A stretch of DNA of 61,985 bases, filler included, from Choristocarpus tenellus KU-1152 (taxonomy: Eukaryota > Protista > Phaeophyceae): the NCBI GenBank assembly GCA_964200185.2. It is 14 parts of 14 records of this genome, joined end to end, with 100 filler letters (N's around TTAATTAATTAA, not from the genome) between each part and the next. Parts side by side here need not be neighbours in the genome. Positions count along the whole stretch, not along the records: positions 24,657 to 30,886 come from CAXNAD020008624.1; positions 30,987 to 33,486 come from CAXNAD020027306.1; positions 33,587 to 36,213 come from CAXNAD020026160.1; positions 36,314 to 40,886 come from CAXNAD020013964.1; positions 40,987 to 44,435 come from CAXNAD020019955.1; 9 more parts are not named here. One strand, 5' to 3'. Positions 28,314 to 41,216 of this stretch are shown in pieces (the first letter of the stretch is position 1; every line of letters starts with the position of its first letter). The position numbers and the translations under genes are program-made. A model generated the notes under the pieces. It was given only the letters and a program-made list of their open reading frames with translations. It made no database searches and was not told the DNA's origin.

Positions 28314-29361
28314 TACGATTCTATAATGTTACAATCACCTGTTCATGCCTACTTACCATCTCTCCCCACCCTTTTTACACCCCAGTCATAACCTCTCACT
28401 TTCTGTATAAACTTCTACAATCGTTGCTATCTTTTCAAACTACTTGACTATCTCCTTGCCCATCCCTCTAGCCGTCACCCCCCTCACCTCTGAAGATGAT
28501 TTTCTTCAACTGCTTCGTTTTGGAACATCCCTGTACCCTGAGCAACCCACCCCAGTTGCGTTCACTACAACTGTCATCATTTTGTTCTTGGAGAAGTACT
28601 TCATCTACCTTCTCGATCAACCACCCTCTCTGTCAGTCAAAAATTGTCTTATTCTCTTGGTTGGGACTATGTTCAAGTACCCACAAATAAAGGACATCAT
28701 AGCACATACACCTCAAAAATCTCTTGGGACTGCAAAGATCCTCGTACACAAGGAAAAACATTCGTTTGGTCATGCCACCAAGGCACAATGTCAAAATTCC
28801 TATTTTCAATTCATCTTGCTAAGAGGGTGAGGAAAGAGAAACACGACAGGGAGGAGGAAAGACCAGTCAGTCAGCAAAACGAGCCAATTGGAATCAATAG
28901 GGAATAGGTCGGGGCGAGAAAAAGTTGGAGAGAGGGCTGATGGGGAGGAGGTAGAAGGTGAAGAAGTAGACTCACAGGGTACAGCAAAGGGTGATGAGTA
29001 CACACACATATACATACAATTGTGCCATAGGGCACTGCATCACCTGGGATAATTTTTTTCTCACCCTTCACGAAGATGAGATAGATCGGTGTAGTACAAT
29101 CCATGTTCTCCAAAACAAAATTACCGGCAAGCTATTTTTATTCGATTATGTAAGATAAGTGTCTAAATTGTGAACCAGCAGAGCGACAGGAACATGTAAT
29201 ACCAAGTTACATGGAATATAACACCCAATAATAGATCACCAATTCCTCGATTTAGGATTTTATCTATATAAATTATTTGAAGCATGTTGACAGCTAACCC
29301 CCAATTGTATGTATGTGTAGATTGTCATCACCCATTGGATTACAGCAATACTTGTATAATT

Positions 29362-29628
29362 GAGTCAAAGTATCTTAGAGGGTAGAGCTCCGTCCGTTTG
29401 GGGATCAAATCTAATGTTGCGATTATGATGCAATTTTTGCTATCGTGTTTGTTAGGAAGTGTCAATATCCTTGTTCCGGACATACACATGATACCTACTC
29501 CAAAATATATACTTTTTACCTACTTCGAAATATTTCGGAGTAGTAGGGAAATATCATAAAAACCCGTGGAAGCTAAGCCCAAAACGGACAAACAGGACAA
29601 ATTCGTACCCTCTAAGATACTTTCACTC
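29362..29628. mobile_element. MITE family A, TSD AATT
   Basis: AATT at 29358-29361 and 29629-29632. Confidence 0.92.
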
Positions 29629-29909
29629 AATTGTATGGGGGGGGGCATAGACGGATGGACACTAGTTACTGATGAGGTCAGCTTGTTCTCAGTCTGGAGT
29701 GGTGATAAAATATAGAAAGAGGTGTAATGCGACTTGAGGGCAAGATAAAGTGATATACACGGCCAATAATGTCACAGCAAGTCATACCCTATCAGCATGA
29801 ACACACGCATATATTACATTTAATAAAGGGGGGGGAAAGAAATTGCAATAAACACACATATGTTCATTGTGAAGGCGTTGTCTAGAAAGACAAGAAAAAA
29901 AATTCAAAA

Positions 29910-30886
29910 GAAGGGAAAGTTTATGAAGTAATCTGAGTTTTGTGGGCGGAAGAGTTATGGTGGTAATGTGGTACAGGGGAGGGAGAGGTGAGGAAGGAGA
30001 AAGAACAAATAGTAGGCAGGGGGTGAACGAAGAGTTAAGTACTGAGTGATTTAGAGGTAAAAGAGGCAGGATAGAAGTTAAAGAAGTGGTTGGTAGGTGG
30101 AGGCACAAGGTAAGAAGGAATGGTCGGGATGTAAAGAAAGTCGAGGGCTGGTGGTACAAGACGTGGAGGGGCTAGAACGTGACAATCTAGCCCAAAGTAT
30201 CTGGGGGGGACAAGCGGGGGGGGGGAAAAAACGTAAAAATCTAGCCCAAGGTTTGGGGGGGGGGGGGGGGAGGTCTACACGAGAGTGTCCATTTGGACCA
30301 AAACTAGGCAAAGTGCACTTTCATTATCCATCCGACGTATGGAACCAAATCACCCAAAAATCGCGACATGAAAATAATGACCCCAAATGGACAGCCGCCA
30401 CCCCCCCCAGATACTTTGAGCCACCTCCGAGCAAGCTCTCCCGCCCACCCACCCTGTCGCTTGCTTATGACCGATTGGGATGCTGGGTAAAGGGAGAGGG
30501 GAGGTCAAGTTTGGGCAGGCTAGATATCTTCTAGTTCGAAGGCACGGTATGAAGTGGATGATGAAGGGGTGTTCATGGATGATTGTGGAGTGGTGTTGAG
30601 TTGTGTGGGGGAGTGGTAAGTGGTGTGGGGTTGAGTGGGGTTGAAGGGTGGGGTGGTGACTGGAAATCAGTGGCGAAGGGGTCGCACTGGTTGGTCATCA
30701 GATGTGGGGAGTGACAGGAAATCAGTGGTGAAGGGGGTTCGCACTGGTTGGTCATCAGAGGTGGGTGGCGGCTGGAAATCAATTGCGAAAGGGGTTCGCA
30801 TTGGTTGGTCATCGCAGGGGGGGGAGGTGGCGGGAAATCAGTGGCGAAGGGGTTCGCACTGGTGGGCTGCAAGGGATGGTACGATG
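29910..30886. repeat. Dispersed repeat with internal ~55-59-bp minisatellite (copy 1)
   Basis: Collinear with 36590-37240; four units of GGAAATCAGTGGCGAAGGGG..CGCACTGGTTGGTCATC from about 30662. Confidence 0.85.
30189..30422. mobile_element. MITE family B, TSD ATCT/ACCT
   Basis: Empty paralogous site CAATCT|CCGAGCAAGC at 36825-36840. Confidence 0.9.
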
Positions 30887-31489
30887 NNNNNNNNNNNNNN
30901 NNNNNNNNNNNNNNNNNNNNNNNNNNNNNNTTAATTAATTAANNNNNNNNNNNNNNNNNNNNNNNNNNNNNNNNNNNNNNNNNNNNCCCCCCCCCCCAGA
31001 TACTTTGAGCCTCAACAGAGCTATACTCTCCTCCCTCCTTAATTCCATTTGTAGACCTCTAGACATCTCAAGGTTCCTAGTAAGAATAGGATGGTAGTAG
31101 TTGTTGTATCCAACGTCACAAGACAAAATGGTGCACCCCTGTTGTCATGGATGAGCTGTGAGTTCTTTATTCTATCAAAGATAGCACAGCAATAGTGTCT
31201 CCCTTGCGTTTGCCTTGCAGTTGAGGACTATTAATACTAATATATCCTTTTCAATAAATACTAGAGTGAGAATCCTAGATACAAAATCCCACCGTGCCGT
31301 TCCGACATCCCCATATCATCATCGCCCACTCACCAACTATCACCATAAAGTACACTGCACTATACTCCAGCTGGTTGTTACACTATAACCACAACTCCCA
31401 CTACTGCTACTGTCGTACCATTTCATCAATTACTTTGGAACTGACTGAACGCACTGTTTTCTTGTTTGTTTTGGTTGCATATGCATCCA

Positions 31490-32085
31490 CACTCTAGCAG
31501 CCCATGATGCCAGGATCACAAGAAGGGCACAACACGAGATCACCCGCCTCCTAAACAGGATCCACTTCGACTCTTTCCAGACCCAATGGGGGGACTTACC
31601 TGAAGATGCAGAACAAGCGAAGAAAATTTCCTCGTTGGCCCTGCCTGTCACCGGAGCCTGTGTGGACAAGGGACAAGCGCATGGGCCTCCACACAACCCT
31701 GGAACCAGCATGCCAGGTCCCTCTCATAGCGTTTAGACTCACAGCCAGCAGATCCCTAGGGAGGGAGGAGGTCCTATCCAACAGGTGCCCAGTGGCTGGG
31801 TGCAGGAGTCAAAACGTGGACACTAGACATGCTCGTACCTGCCATAGGGCAGGAGGACAGGTCCGCCAACACACACACCATTGGTAAGGTGTCTAGGTCA
31901 ACTCTGCAAAGGAATGGGCATCCCTTGCACTACGGAGGATGGTAGCCTATTCACAGTGAACCGGAATTTCCGTATATGGATCGATCATCCCCCTACCGGG
32001 ATAAAGGCCTCCTCCTGGATGTCACATTTGTAGAAGTGCAAGCAGCGTCTCATCTGTCACACTCACCCACCAGCAATGGTGTAGT
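31490..32085 (+). mobile_element. Degenerate 3' part of an RLE-type (CRE/NeSL-like) non-LTR retrotransposon
   Basis: C-x4-C-x8-H-x3-C (CPVAGCRSQNVDTRHARTC), then QH, frameshifted GIPCTTEDGSLF..NFR-MD and GLLLDVTFVEVQ, typical of restriction-like endonuclease tails. Confidence 0.65.
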
Positions 32086-32149
32086 TGCATACAAGGTGGT
32101 AATTATATAATAATGTGACCTGGATTGGTGAGAGTCCAGGAAATAGTGA

Positions 32150-33260
32150 GGTGCGTCTAGTGGCAAATGTCTTCGTCGCATTGAGGGCTTAGATTACCAA
32201 GATACCTTACTCCCACACCATCGCCTGCTTCTTGGAATAATGGTTTTAACATTGACTTCAGACAGGGGATTGGGAGTTGAAGCATTAGGATGCGAAGCAG
32301 GCTTTCATCCAGGTAGATATGAAGAGGGCATACATGTTCCTTCACGGGATAGATGTAGTACATGGTCAGGGAGGATTGTCCGGATTACTGGAAGCAATCT
32401 ATGCAACCAACCAGGCTAGCAGAGAGTTTAGCAATTGTTTCAGAACAGATCCCTATGTGATATTCTATGCAGAAAATGGCGAAGTTTGTGCAGTAATAGC
32501 ACCCCGCGATGATGACCTTGTAGCTGCAGGATTGTATGATGTTTTGATTTGGTTTCGCACTGTAATTGAGGCGAAGTTTTCCAGGGAGGAACTTGGTCAT
32601 TTGTAGTATATTATGGGCTGTAGTGAAAGTATCTTAGGGGGTACGAGTTTTGCCCTGTTTGTCCCTTGGTGCTTGGCTCCTGATATATTTTTTTTATGAC
32701 ATTTTCCTACTCGGAAATGTTTTGGAGTAGGTAAAATGTATACTTTATGAAAAGGTGTGTGTGGAACAAGGACATCGATACTTCCTAACAAACACGATAG
32801 GTAAAATTACATCAAAATCACAACATTGGATTTTGACCCCCCAAATGGACAGCGCTCTACCCTCTAAGATACTTTGACTCTTGTGAGATTTAACGTGACA
32901 GAATTGCAAAGATGTTAGAACCAGTCAGATTGTGTACATTGAGAGCATTTGTGAGAGATTTGGTGTGGATGGGCCAAAGTATCTGGATGGGTGCGGAGGA
33001 GAAATGTCTCTTGATTATCAGAACATTGTGAATTTGTCTTTAACAGAAAGCGAGTACATAGCCCTATGTAGTGTGGCACACGAGATATTTGAGAAATGTG
33101 TTGGAGAATTTACGACCATAGTTCTCCAGGCGTTACACTGATATGTTAAAGGATAACGATGTTGCACGAAAGCTAGTGTGTAATGCTACCAGTTCATCTA
33201 AGAGATGAGTACATGATATCAGACACCTTTTCTTGAGAGATCTGAGAAGAAAAATTATGT
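32150..33260 (+). mobile_element. Ty1/copia RT-RNaseH relic
   Basis: GLDYQDT, LEAIYATNQASRE, DPY, DDDLVAAG, ELGHL*YIMG, YIESICERFG, LSLTESEYIAL, DIRHLFLRD; many stops and deletions. Confidence 0.85.
32621..32880. mobile_element. MITE family A inserted in copia relic
   Basis: Near-TSD CTGT/TTGT; interrupts MGC|EI. Confidence 0.9.
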
Positions 33261-33418
33261 TCGTGTTATTTTTTGTTATGCTGAAAACAGAGTGCAAATA
33301 TGTTGACAAAGAGTTTGCCTGTGGAAGGTTTTCAGACAACATGTGAGAATTTTGATTCACATGTAGCAGCATTGTGTGTGTGTTTATTCGTTCTTATTAG
33401 TTTTGATGTTGTGTTTAT

Positions 33419-33486
33419 GAGCCAAAGTATCTTAGAGGGTAGAGCCGCGTCCATTTGGGGGTCAAAATCCAATGTTGCAATTTGAT
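33419..33486. mobile_element. MITE family A, truncated by contig end
   Basis: GAGCCAAAGTATCTTAGAGGGTAGAGCCGCGTCCATTTGG. Confidence 0.88.
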
Positions 33487-33750
33487 NNNNNNNNNNNNNN
33501 NNNNNNNNNNNNNNNNNNNNNNNNNNNNNNTTAATTAATTAANNNNNNNNNNNNNNNNNNNNNNNNNNNNNNNNNNNNNNNNNNNNTCTGATATTCTATT
33601 GAGTTGACTTAGTGTTTAGTACAATTTAACTCTGCCTAGGGTGGATGGTGCATTCAGGTTACCCCAGTGAACCCCCACTCTTCTGAGCACTCATCCCACC
33701 CCACAATCCCTCTTCCCAACTTCTTGAATCCTCGCTTCCCTGGCTGAAAG

Positions 33751-34744
33751 ACGATGTGGTCAGTTCAAGCATAAGCATGAGTGCCCCTTCAAATCTTTGT
33801 CACAACTACGCAGCCAAGGGGTACAAGTTGACCCTATCCCAAGCCGGTGGGATCCCGCAGTCTCCATGAAAACCCCCCCCCGCTCCAACAGTAATGGAAG
33901 TATTGGCAGCGATGCCTACACTAGGCCAGGTTCAGCAGGGAGCTCCCCAACTCTGCATCCCCTTACCCCTCCACCACCAGGCGTTGCCATACCTGGGGAG
34001 AAAGTGCTGACTGTTCGCGATGGCCCCGGCCGTCCGCTGTTTGCTCGAGGTGGTGCAGGAACCCCTCCATGTTCGCCAGGCTCATCACGGGATGTTCCTG
34101 CTGACACCGGTGATAACGCCTTTTTTGGTGGGGTGAACGATCGTACTGTTTTTGCAAGACCATATCAAGCTGTGCTTGTACATGACCGGGAGCAGTTTGA
34201 GTCAGAAGAACAGGAACGCAATGTGAATGACCCTCAGGTGGAGCATTCGATGCAGGCGGTGGTGGCGACAGTGGACAGGATCTGGGATTCGCGTGAAAAT
34301 GAAGTTGTCCCATCCCCAGGTAGGACCATGGAGTCTTTTTCAGCGTTGAGAAATGGTCATGCTCCGAACAACAAGGGCATGCAGGTCTTGGCGCACATGC
34401 AGCCAGGGTTATCACAGATGGACTGCGAGACTGGAGGCATTTGGACCAGTCGGGAGGTGCAGATGGTACCACCCTCTGGGGTACTTTCTCCATCGCCACC
34501 TCCTGTGTCTCTTCCAGTTGGTGGTTACTCATCTACCCCTAACCCCTTGGGGTCACAGGAGGAGGATGAGCAATGGTCAATGGATAAGAACGGGCCCCAC
34601 CTTCATCACAGTGACACGGGAGAGGCACTGGATATGGAATTTCATGCACTGGCAAATGTTCTCCTGTGTGAGGATGATAACTACATGAATAGTCCTTTCA
34701 GGGAGGTGGACAACATGTTGGACTTCCCCCCCCTCACAGGATGA
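33751..34744 (+). CDS. Last exon of a CxxCGxxKxxHxC zinc-finger protein with a long disordered tail
   Basis: The 315-aa ORF extends upstream in frame to RCGQFKHKHECPFKSLSQLRSQGVQV after an AAG acceptor; first Cys presumably in an upstream exon; resembles stramenopile CCHC fingers. Confidence 0.7.
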
Positions 34745-36589
34745 GGTTCATCTGAAGGACGATGAGGGGGTGAACAATAAACTGAATTGAGCAGGAGTGG
34801 ACGGGGTTTGAAGGGGTCAGGATGACTGATGTAATTATTATTTATGTTGGGTTGATCATCATTGGTGCTCTAGACATTTTGGGTGTAAGATTTTGTTTTG
34901 GATGCTTTGGCATCCATATTTCCAATTCCCTCCCTCTACTTCCCTGATGTCTTGACCCAGATGTGTTTCTAGCATATTTGCCTGATCTGTTATGAGAAAA
35001 AAGAGAAGGTCCTTTGTTGCCTTTTCTTTGTTTTGTTTTGTGTGTTGATGTCTTTAGTAAAGAGGGGTTTTTCTGTGTCCTCGGTTTTGCTGTATGTAAG
35101 ACTAGGGGTATGTCCAATATTTCGTTTTTTTTTAGGGTTCTGGCGGTAAAAGAGAATTAGTGCATTTACCTTAATTTGCGGAATGAACCCGCCTCCTACG
35201 TGTGCTGTACCACTCCTGCATGTACCGGTGCCATTGGAAGGTTTGAGAGGTAGTATTTTTCCCTCCTCAGTGTGGCGAAAGGCTTGAAAATGTACTGCTT
35301 TGAGACTTTGCATCGCCGACTTACTCGAGCTAGCTAATTTGCTGGCTCTTGGTATCTCTTTTGGTATTACTAGCATGACCAGAGTAGCAAAAGGAACAAG
35401 AACAGCTTATGATGCATATTTTTATCTGGGTTGGTTGAACCCTGTGAAAATCGGACGACAATATTTTCTTGTAGCTTGTTCTTGACAGTGTGGGCTTCAC
35501 TGTGAAACATTTGTAATGCAAGGACCTTGGCCATGTGCACACTGTTGTGTCTCCAGTCGGTTACCATGGCAAGGAAAACCTGGGCTGGGGAGGTCAATGA
35601 GAGACGGAGGGATTTCCATTTTCTCCCACCATGAATGTGTACAATTGTAGCAAAGTGTTTCTTGTTTTGTTGGATGTGAAACCAGGTATATGGTGTTCCT
35701 GGTGTGTCTTGGATGCTCAATATATAGACTATAGTGTGTGATGTATTTGAAAATGTTTCCTTGGTTTTTTTCCTTGGTTTTGTGCAGACATCCTTCGCTT
35801 TGTCTTTGCAAGCGAAAAGAGATGGAGAGTTCTGACTTGCACCCAGTGCTAAGTCGCGGTTCACATGGATGCCACACCTACTGTAGAACAGGTGTAAAAA
35901 CTTTTGTTTGTCTCACTACTGCATATAGGTTGACTTACTTTCTGGTATATACTGTCCTCCGTGCAGTAAGTTTGGTCTTTTACAGTACAGTACTACTGTG
36001 AGGTATTATTGAAGTCATGGATTGCAACTGGGTGGGGGGATGGGCAGGTTCAGAAACGGCACGTATATCATACCGGAGAGTGTAACGGTCTTTGGGTTTA
36101 TTGTTCAGCATTCAAAACATTTTTTTAGCAAACCCACTGGAATGGGGGGCAGTCAATGAGGGTGGGGGGAAGGTAGGGACATCTTTGATCTGAATAAATT
36201 ATGATAGGTGGTGNNNNNNNNNNNNNNNNNNNNNNNNNNNNNNNNNNNNNNNNNNNNTTAATTAATTAANNNNNNNNNNNNNNNNNNNNNNNNNNNNNNN
36301 NNNNNNNNNNNNNATTTTGTTGCTTGTGTTTGGCGGCGGGCCCCCGAGGGCCCCCCTGTGGCGGGCCCCCCCCCCCCCCCCCTCCTACATACTTTGGGCC
36401 CAACCTACGGAGGTTTTCACAAGTTAAATGGCACCAGGAAGATGATAGTTGTGACCTCCACTTTGCCCCTACCGCGATCATATACCATGTTCCAGGTATG
36501 ATGGTCCAAACCATAAACATGAAGCCCTGTTTGCCAATGGGTGTACGTCAGTGGTAAAGGCGATTACCTTTTTCGTAAGAATCGTATAA

Positions 36590-37240
36590 CGCGAGAGTTT
36601 ATAAAATAGTCTGAGTTTTGTGGGCGGAAGAATTCTGGTTGGTTGGGGGCACAGGACAAGCGTGGGCAGGGGAAAGAAAAAGAAGGAAGCAGGAAGAGAA
36701 CGAATAGTTAAGGAAGGGAAGAGAAGGTTAACGGAAATGGGTTGTAGAAAATGGGAGGAACAGCATTCAGTGATTGATAAAGGGAAGAGAACCAGGGGTA
36801 CAAGACGAGGAGGGGAGACCAATGCAATCTCCGAGCAAGCTCTCCCGCCCACTCACCCTGTCGCTTGCTCACGATCAACGGGAACACTGGGAGGGAGGGG
36901 GGGGGGGAGGGGAGATCAAGTTACGGCGGGGTAGATGTCTTCTAGCTCAAAGGCATGGTTTGAAGTGGATCATGAAGGGGTGTTCTTGGAGGATTGTGGA
37001 GTGGTGTTGAGTGGTGTGGGAACTGCTGTGGGGTTGAGGGGAGTGGTAACTTGTGTGGGGTTGAAAGGTGGGGGATGGCTGGCAATCAGGGGCGAAGGGT
37101 ATTCGCACTGGTTGGTCATCAAATGGGGATGGCTGGCAATCAGTGATGAAGGGCATTCGCACTGGTTGGTCATTAAATGTGGGGGATGACTGGCAATCAG
37201 TGACGAAGGGTATCCGCACTGGTTGGTCATCAAATGGGGA
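36590..37240. repeat. Dispersed repeat with internal ~55-bp minisatellite (copy 2)
   Basis: Shares TCTGAGTTTTGTGGGCGGAAG, CCGAGCAAGCTCTCCCGCCCAC and minisatellite units with 29910-30886. Confidence 0.85.
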
Positions 37241-37504
37241 ATGGAGAATAGAGGAATGGCAAACAAGGAATAAGCAAATAATAATAATCCAGAATTCGTG
37301 AGCAAAACAAAATCCCTGTATTTTCACATATTGGACTAAAATGTGCGCATATACCCACACATATATCGCATGTTAAATAACCACTACTACCATTATTAGT
37401 AGTAGTATTGAGACTTCAAAAAAAATATCTATGTGGTATTGATTGAGGATGACTTTTCCTTTTTTATGGGACGATCCTTTGTCCAGGTTATTCTAAACGT
37501 GACC

Positions 37505-40441
37505 ATGTCAATGAACAGGTTGACTGAGCCAGCTAGACTACTGCTCCTGGCTTCGCTTTTGGCGAAAGATCGTTTGATTTCTCACAACGGTGAGGACAGC
37601 TCAAAAAGCCTAGCGCTCTAAAAGTCTCGTTACCGCTTTTCATCCAAAGATTTCGTTACTCCCTTGAACACTCAACAGTTTAAGAATCCCTTCTCTCTCT
37701 GATTTCCGCCCTGTTTTTGTTCCAGGGAAATCTTTCCTAAAGGAGTTGATCCTGAGGAAAGACCCACGTCTTCTTGAAGTCTTTGCTCGTTTTGGTGATG
37801 TGGAGGGAGAGGACACCGCTTTTTTGTCTGGGATCTTCAACCTCATCGGTAAATCGACATGGCGTTGGTGGAGTCGCAAGTCAGCATTTATGGTGCCCCC
37901 TTGACTGGGGGTGGCTTCCTAGATATATTTGATCAATGTAATGTGGAGGCGTGAGTGTTAGCCAGGTTGAGTTTGTTTATGTTATATTTCTGACTGAAAG
38001 CAGGATATGGTGGTTAGAGGATATATCTGTCCAACCACACGGAGAACAACTGTGCAAACTAAAAGGGAAGTTGGGGTGAGTGTGTAGAGCTAGTTTCGTG
38101 GACATCCCATGATCAAAACTCTTACAAGTCTACTGTACTTTGGCCGAGCAGCCACACGGTAAGAAATGCAAAATATGAATACACAGGCTTCCCCCTGTTT
38201 CCTGATAAATTATCATTGGTCCAGCCAGTGCCCTGATATCAACTGTTTCCTAATTACCTTTCATTCCAGATGGTGAGACCCGAAAAATGTACCAAAAGCT
38301 CTTTGCTGGATTCGACTTGGAGGTGGGAAAGAGTCTGTCCAAGACTGAACGAGAGCAGAGATCGCTAACGTCGGACAAGTCGCTCATCTATGGCGAGGTA
38401 TGATCAGCCACCGTTCTTCCTCCAACTTACCCCATCATACCTTCCGTGCCTCCCCCTGAGTGCCCCTCCCTTCTGTGCGTAGATCAGTAAATACTCTGCT
38501 ATCCGTGTATCGGTCTTGTATGTAACGATGTTTGACATTTCAACCCCTTGTTGAAAGCCTTGGTATTTTTTGTAAACCTCTATTAGGGCACATCATGCGA
38601 CCCATGTCTAACTTGTTCTACATGCCCTCTCCCTATTGGCACTCCATGTGTTCTGCGCGTGGTACGTAGCCCTCAGGTTCCTGTTCTCAAGTTACACATC
38701 TGCACTCGCTGTAGTGTATGTGCTGCCAAAATTTGGTGCCAAAATAAGTTGCTAGTAAACACAAACTGCACATTGGTATGTATGTACTTAACTACAAATT
38801 CTTGAACTGGATATTGTGAAGATGTAGTTCTTCCTACCCAGTAAAACTGTTTTTTTCGATGAGTTTTTTGCAGTCCTCTAGGTGAGTGCCACACTTCTTG
38901 AGTGCTCCATCTTACTGATAATTATCATATTCTTGCAGCATTTGAGTGAGGACAATCCCTGTCATTTCGAGGTACTACAAGTTTAGGTCAACCAAGGCAA
39001 AGTATTGCAAACAAGGGTACCACTGTAAAAATAGCACATTTTTTCCTGGTGGTCACTCAAGATTCGGACAGTTCGAAATTGCTGCCATGTAAGAATACTG
39101 GTTGCAAGGGGTGCAAGAGTATTTTGGTAGCAAATGAAATATATGTGGACTATCAAGTCAACAGCTCTAGCAGTATGATGGTATCTCATGAGTAGAGTTC
39201 GGGTTATGGTTAAGGCAGGGATCAGGTGTTAGCTAGAATTGGTCTGATCATTTGTTGTTCTGGTGTGTATCTTTTGTTGGATTTGTGAACACAGCACAAC
39301 TCTTGTACTCTTAAATGCGATTCTTAATATAGCTCTGATATGTGTAGTACTTGATCATGTGGCTCCTCATGCGGATGTCTTGCATTGCAACTTGTCCCTG
39401 AAGAGTTGGGAGACATACAATATATTGCCAATGATACCTGGAGTTGCCTGCAACCTGTTCACCTGACTCCTATGAACTGGATACCACTTTGCTTTACATT
39501 ATCTCCTCTCCTGTGCGCTGAAGCATGGACTAAGGTCGTGATTTCTGTTGGGAGGTTCATGTGATAGTTTTTTGGAATAGATACTCTGTGCCTGGGTTAT
39601 GAACTGCTATGCAGGTTTTTAGGTGCATTTATTAGTAGAGGTATGCAGTGGTATCACTGCCACAATATGTTCACAAGCAGCGCCAACAGTTACGCTCGAA
39701 TCACTTGAAAATTGGTTGCCTGCACCGTTAGCATGTAGGGCCATATTACAATCAGAACATTCCTGGGTTTGGGTTAGTGCTTGCCAGTGCAATGCCGAAA
39801 TAGTTTAGGACAAGGTGTGATAAATTGCTCCCTTGGAGCACAATGTGAGAACTGTGAGGAAAAGCTTTAGAGGTTTGAGATTGCTTTAAAGCATTTCCCC
39901 TGCTAGAGATAAATGGAGACAGTTGAACCCAGAATATGTTAATTTTTATGGGACCAGCAGAATCAAGAGGCCTTTTCTTGTGGGGTTGAGGTGCAGTTAA
40001 TGCATGTATCTTGGAGGAATCTGACCATGTATCTGCTGCATGGCGGCCGATACTGTGGCCAGTACTCTCTGGACCTGTGAATTTCCTTGGTGAAAGTTGT
40101 TTCCCCTCCCCTTCCCATTTGTTTCCCTGGCTAGCCGTAGATAGTTAGGGTAAGGGTTAGGGGTTAAGGGTCAAGGGTTAAGTGTTCACCCCTTCTATTT
40201 TCTCAGGTCTTGCACCCTCCCCACATCAAATCTCTGTCCCCCGACCCAGGCAGCACCCCGTTCCCTTGTGCGATGCAATGATATATATATATTTCTTTTT
40301 CTCACTACATTATTGTCCCCCTCGCAGGTGGATTTCATGAGTTTTGCCAAGATACTCCGTGAGGTGTCAATGCTGGTTGAACCCAGCCCTGGCGGGGTGT
40401 TCTACGACCTTGGAAGCGGTACTGGCAAGGCAATATTTGCA
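37505..40441 (+). CDS. DOT1: DOT1-type (histone H3K79) methyltransferase, 5' exons
   Basis: Phase-compatible exons 37505-37589, 37726-37848, 38270-38397, 40328-40441 give SLIYGE|VDFMSFAKIL...GGVFYDLGSGTGKAIFA (DOT1 YGE motif + SAM motif I). Confidence 0.8.
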
Positions 40442-41216
40442 GTGAGTGGGGGGGATGCACGTACTCTCCCCGATACACACAACAATGCAATTTACCGCTT
40501 GTAAGCATTCAACTATCCCGTTGGCGCGCTCTTTCACACGCCTTCCTAACCTTTTCATTGCTTGGGGGGCGACACGGTCGGTGGTACGACAAAAGAGACG
40601 CTTGAACGTGCTCGGAGTTGTTCGGAAGAGTCGCTTACTGTTACGTGTTGGGGCTTGGGTTCAATTAATGGCACCTCACCTACGGGCGTTATTGATCTGT
40701 TGCTTGTTGTTGTGTCTTATCGTGTAGCGGGAGGGAGACTGCGAAGAGGTCTTCTTGACAAGGAAATGACTTTTCTTTCTTGTCCCTCGGATTGTTTGCG
40801 CTTTGAAATCTTGGCCAGGTGTACGGCTCCTTGATTTGAACGCTTTTTTTTTTTGTATGTTTGTGTGGGGTCAAAGTATCTGGGGGNNNNNNNNNNNNNN
40901 NNNNNNNNNNNNNNNNNNNNNNNNNNNNNNTTAATTAATTAANNNNNNNNNNNNNNNNNNNNNNNNNNNNNNNNNNNNNNNNNNNNCCCCCGCCCCCACA
41001 CCACCCCCCCCCCCCCCCCCCCCCCACCTTCCCCAAGATACTTTGACCCTCACAACTTTGATATTCATCTTCACACCCTGAAATTTACTATTAGGTAGCA
41101 GCAGATGATTTCCCATTTTGTCATCCAAGTAATACCCCCCCTCCCATCTGGTATAAATGCCATCTCTCCTACACACAAACTCCCTTTGTGTGCACTGTGT
41201 GCAAATGGAACACCAG

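Noticed and set aside
33963-34688. Overlapping alternate-frame and antisense ORFs (also 56490-56974)
   Set aside because: Shadows of GC-rich coding exons.
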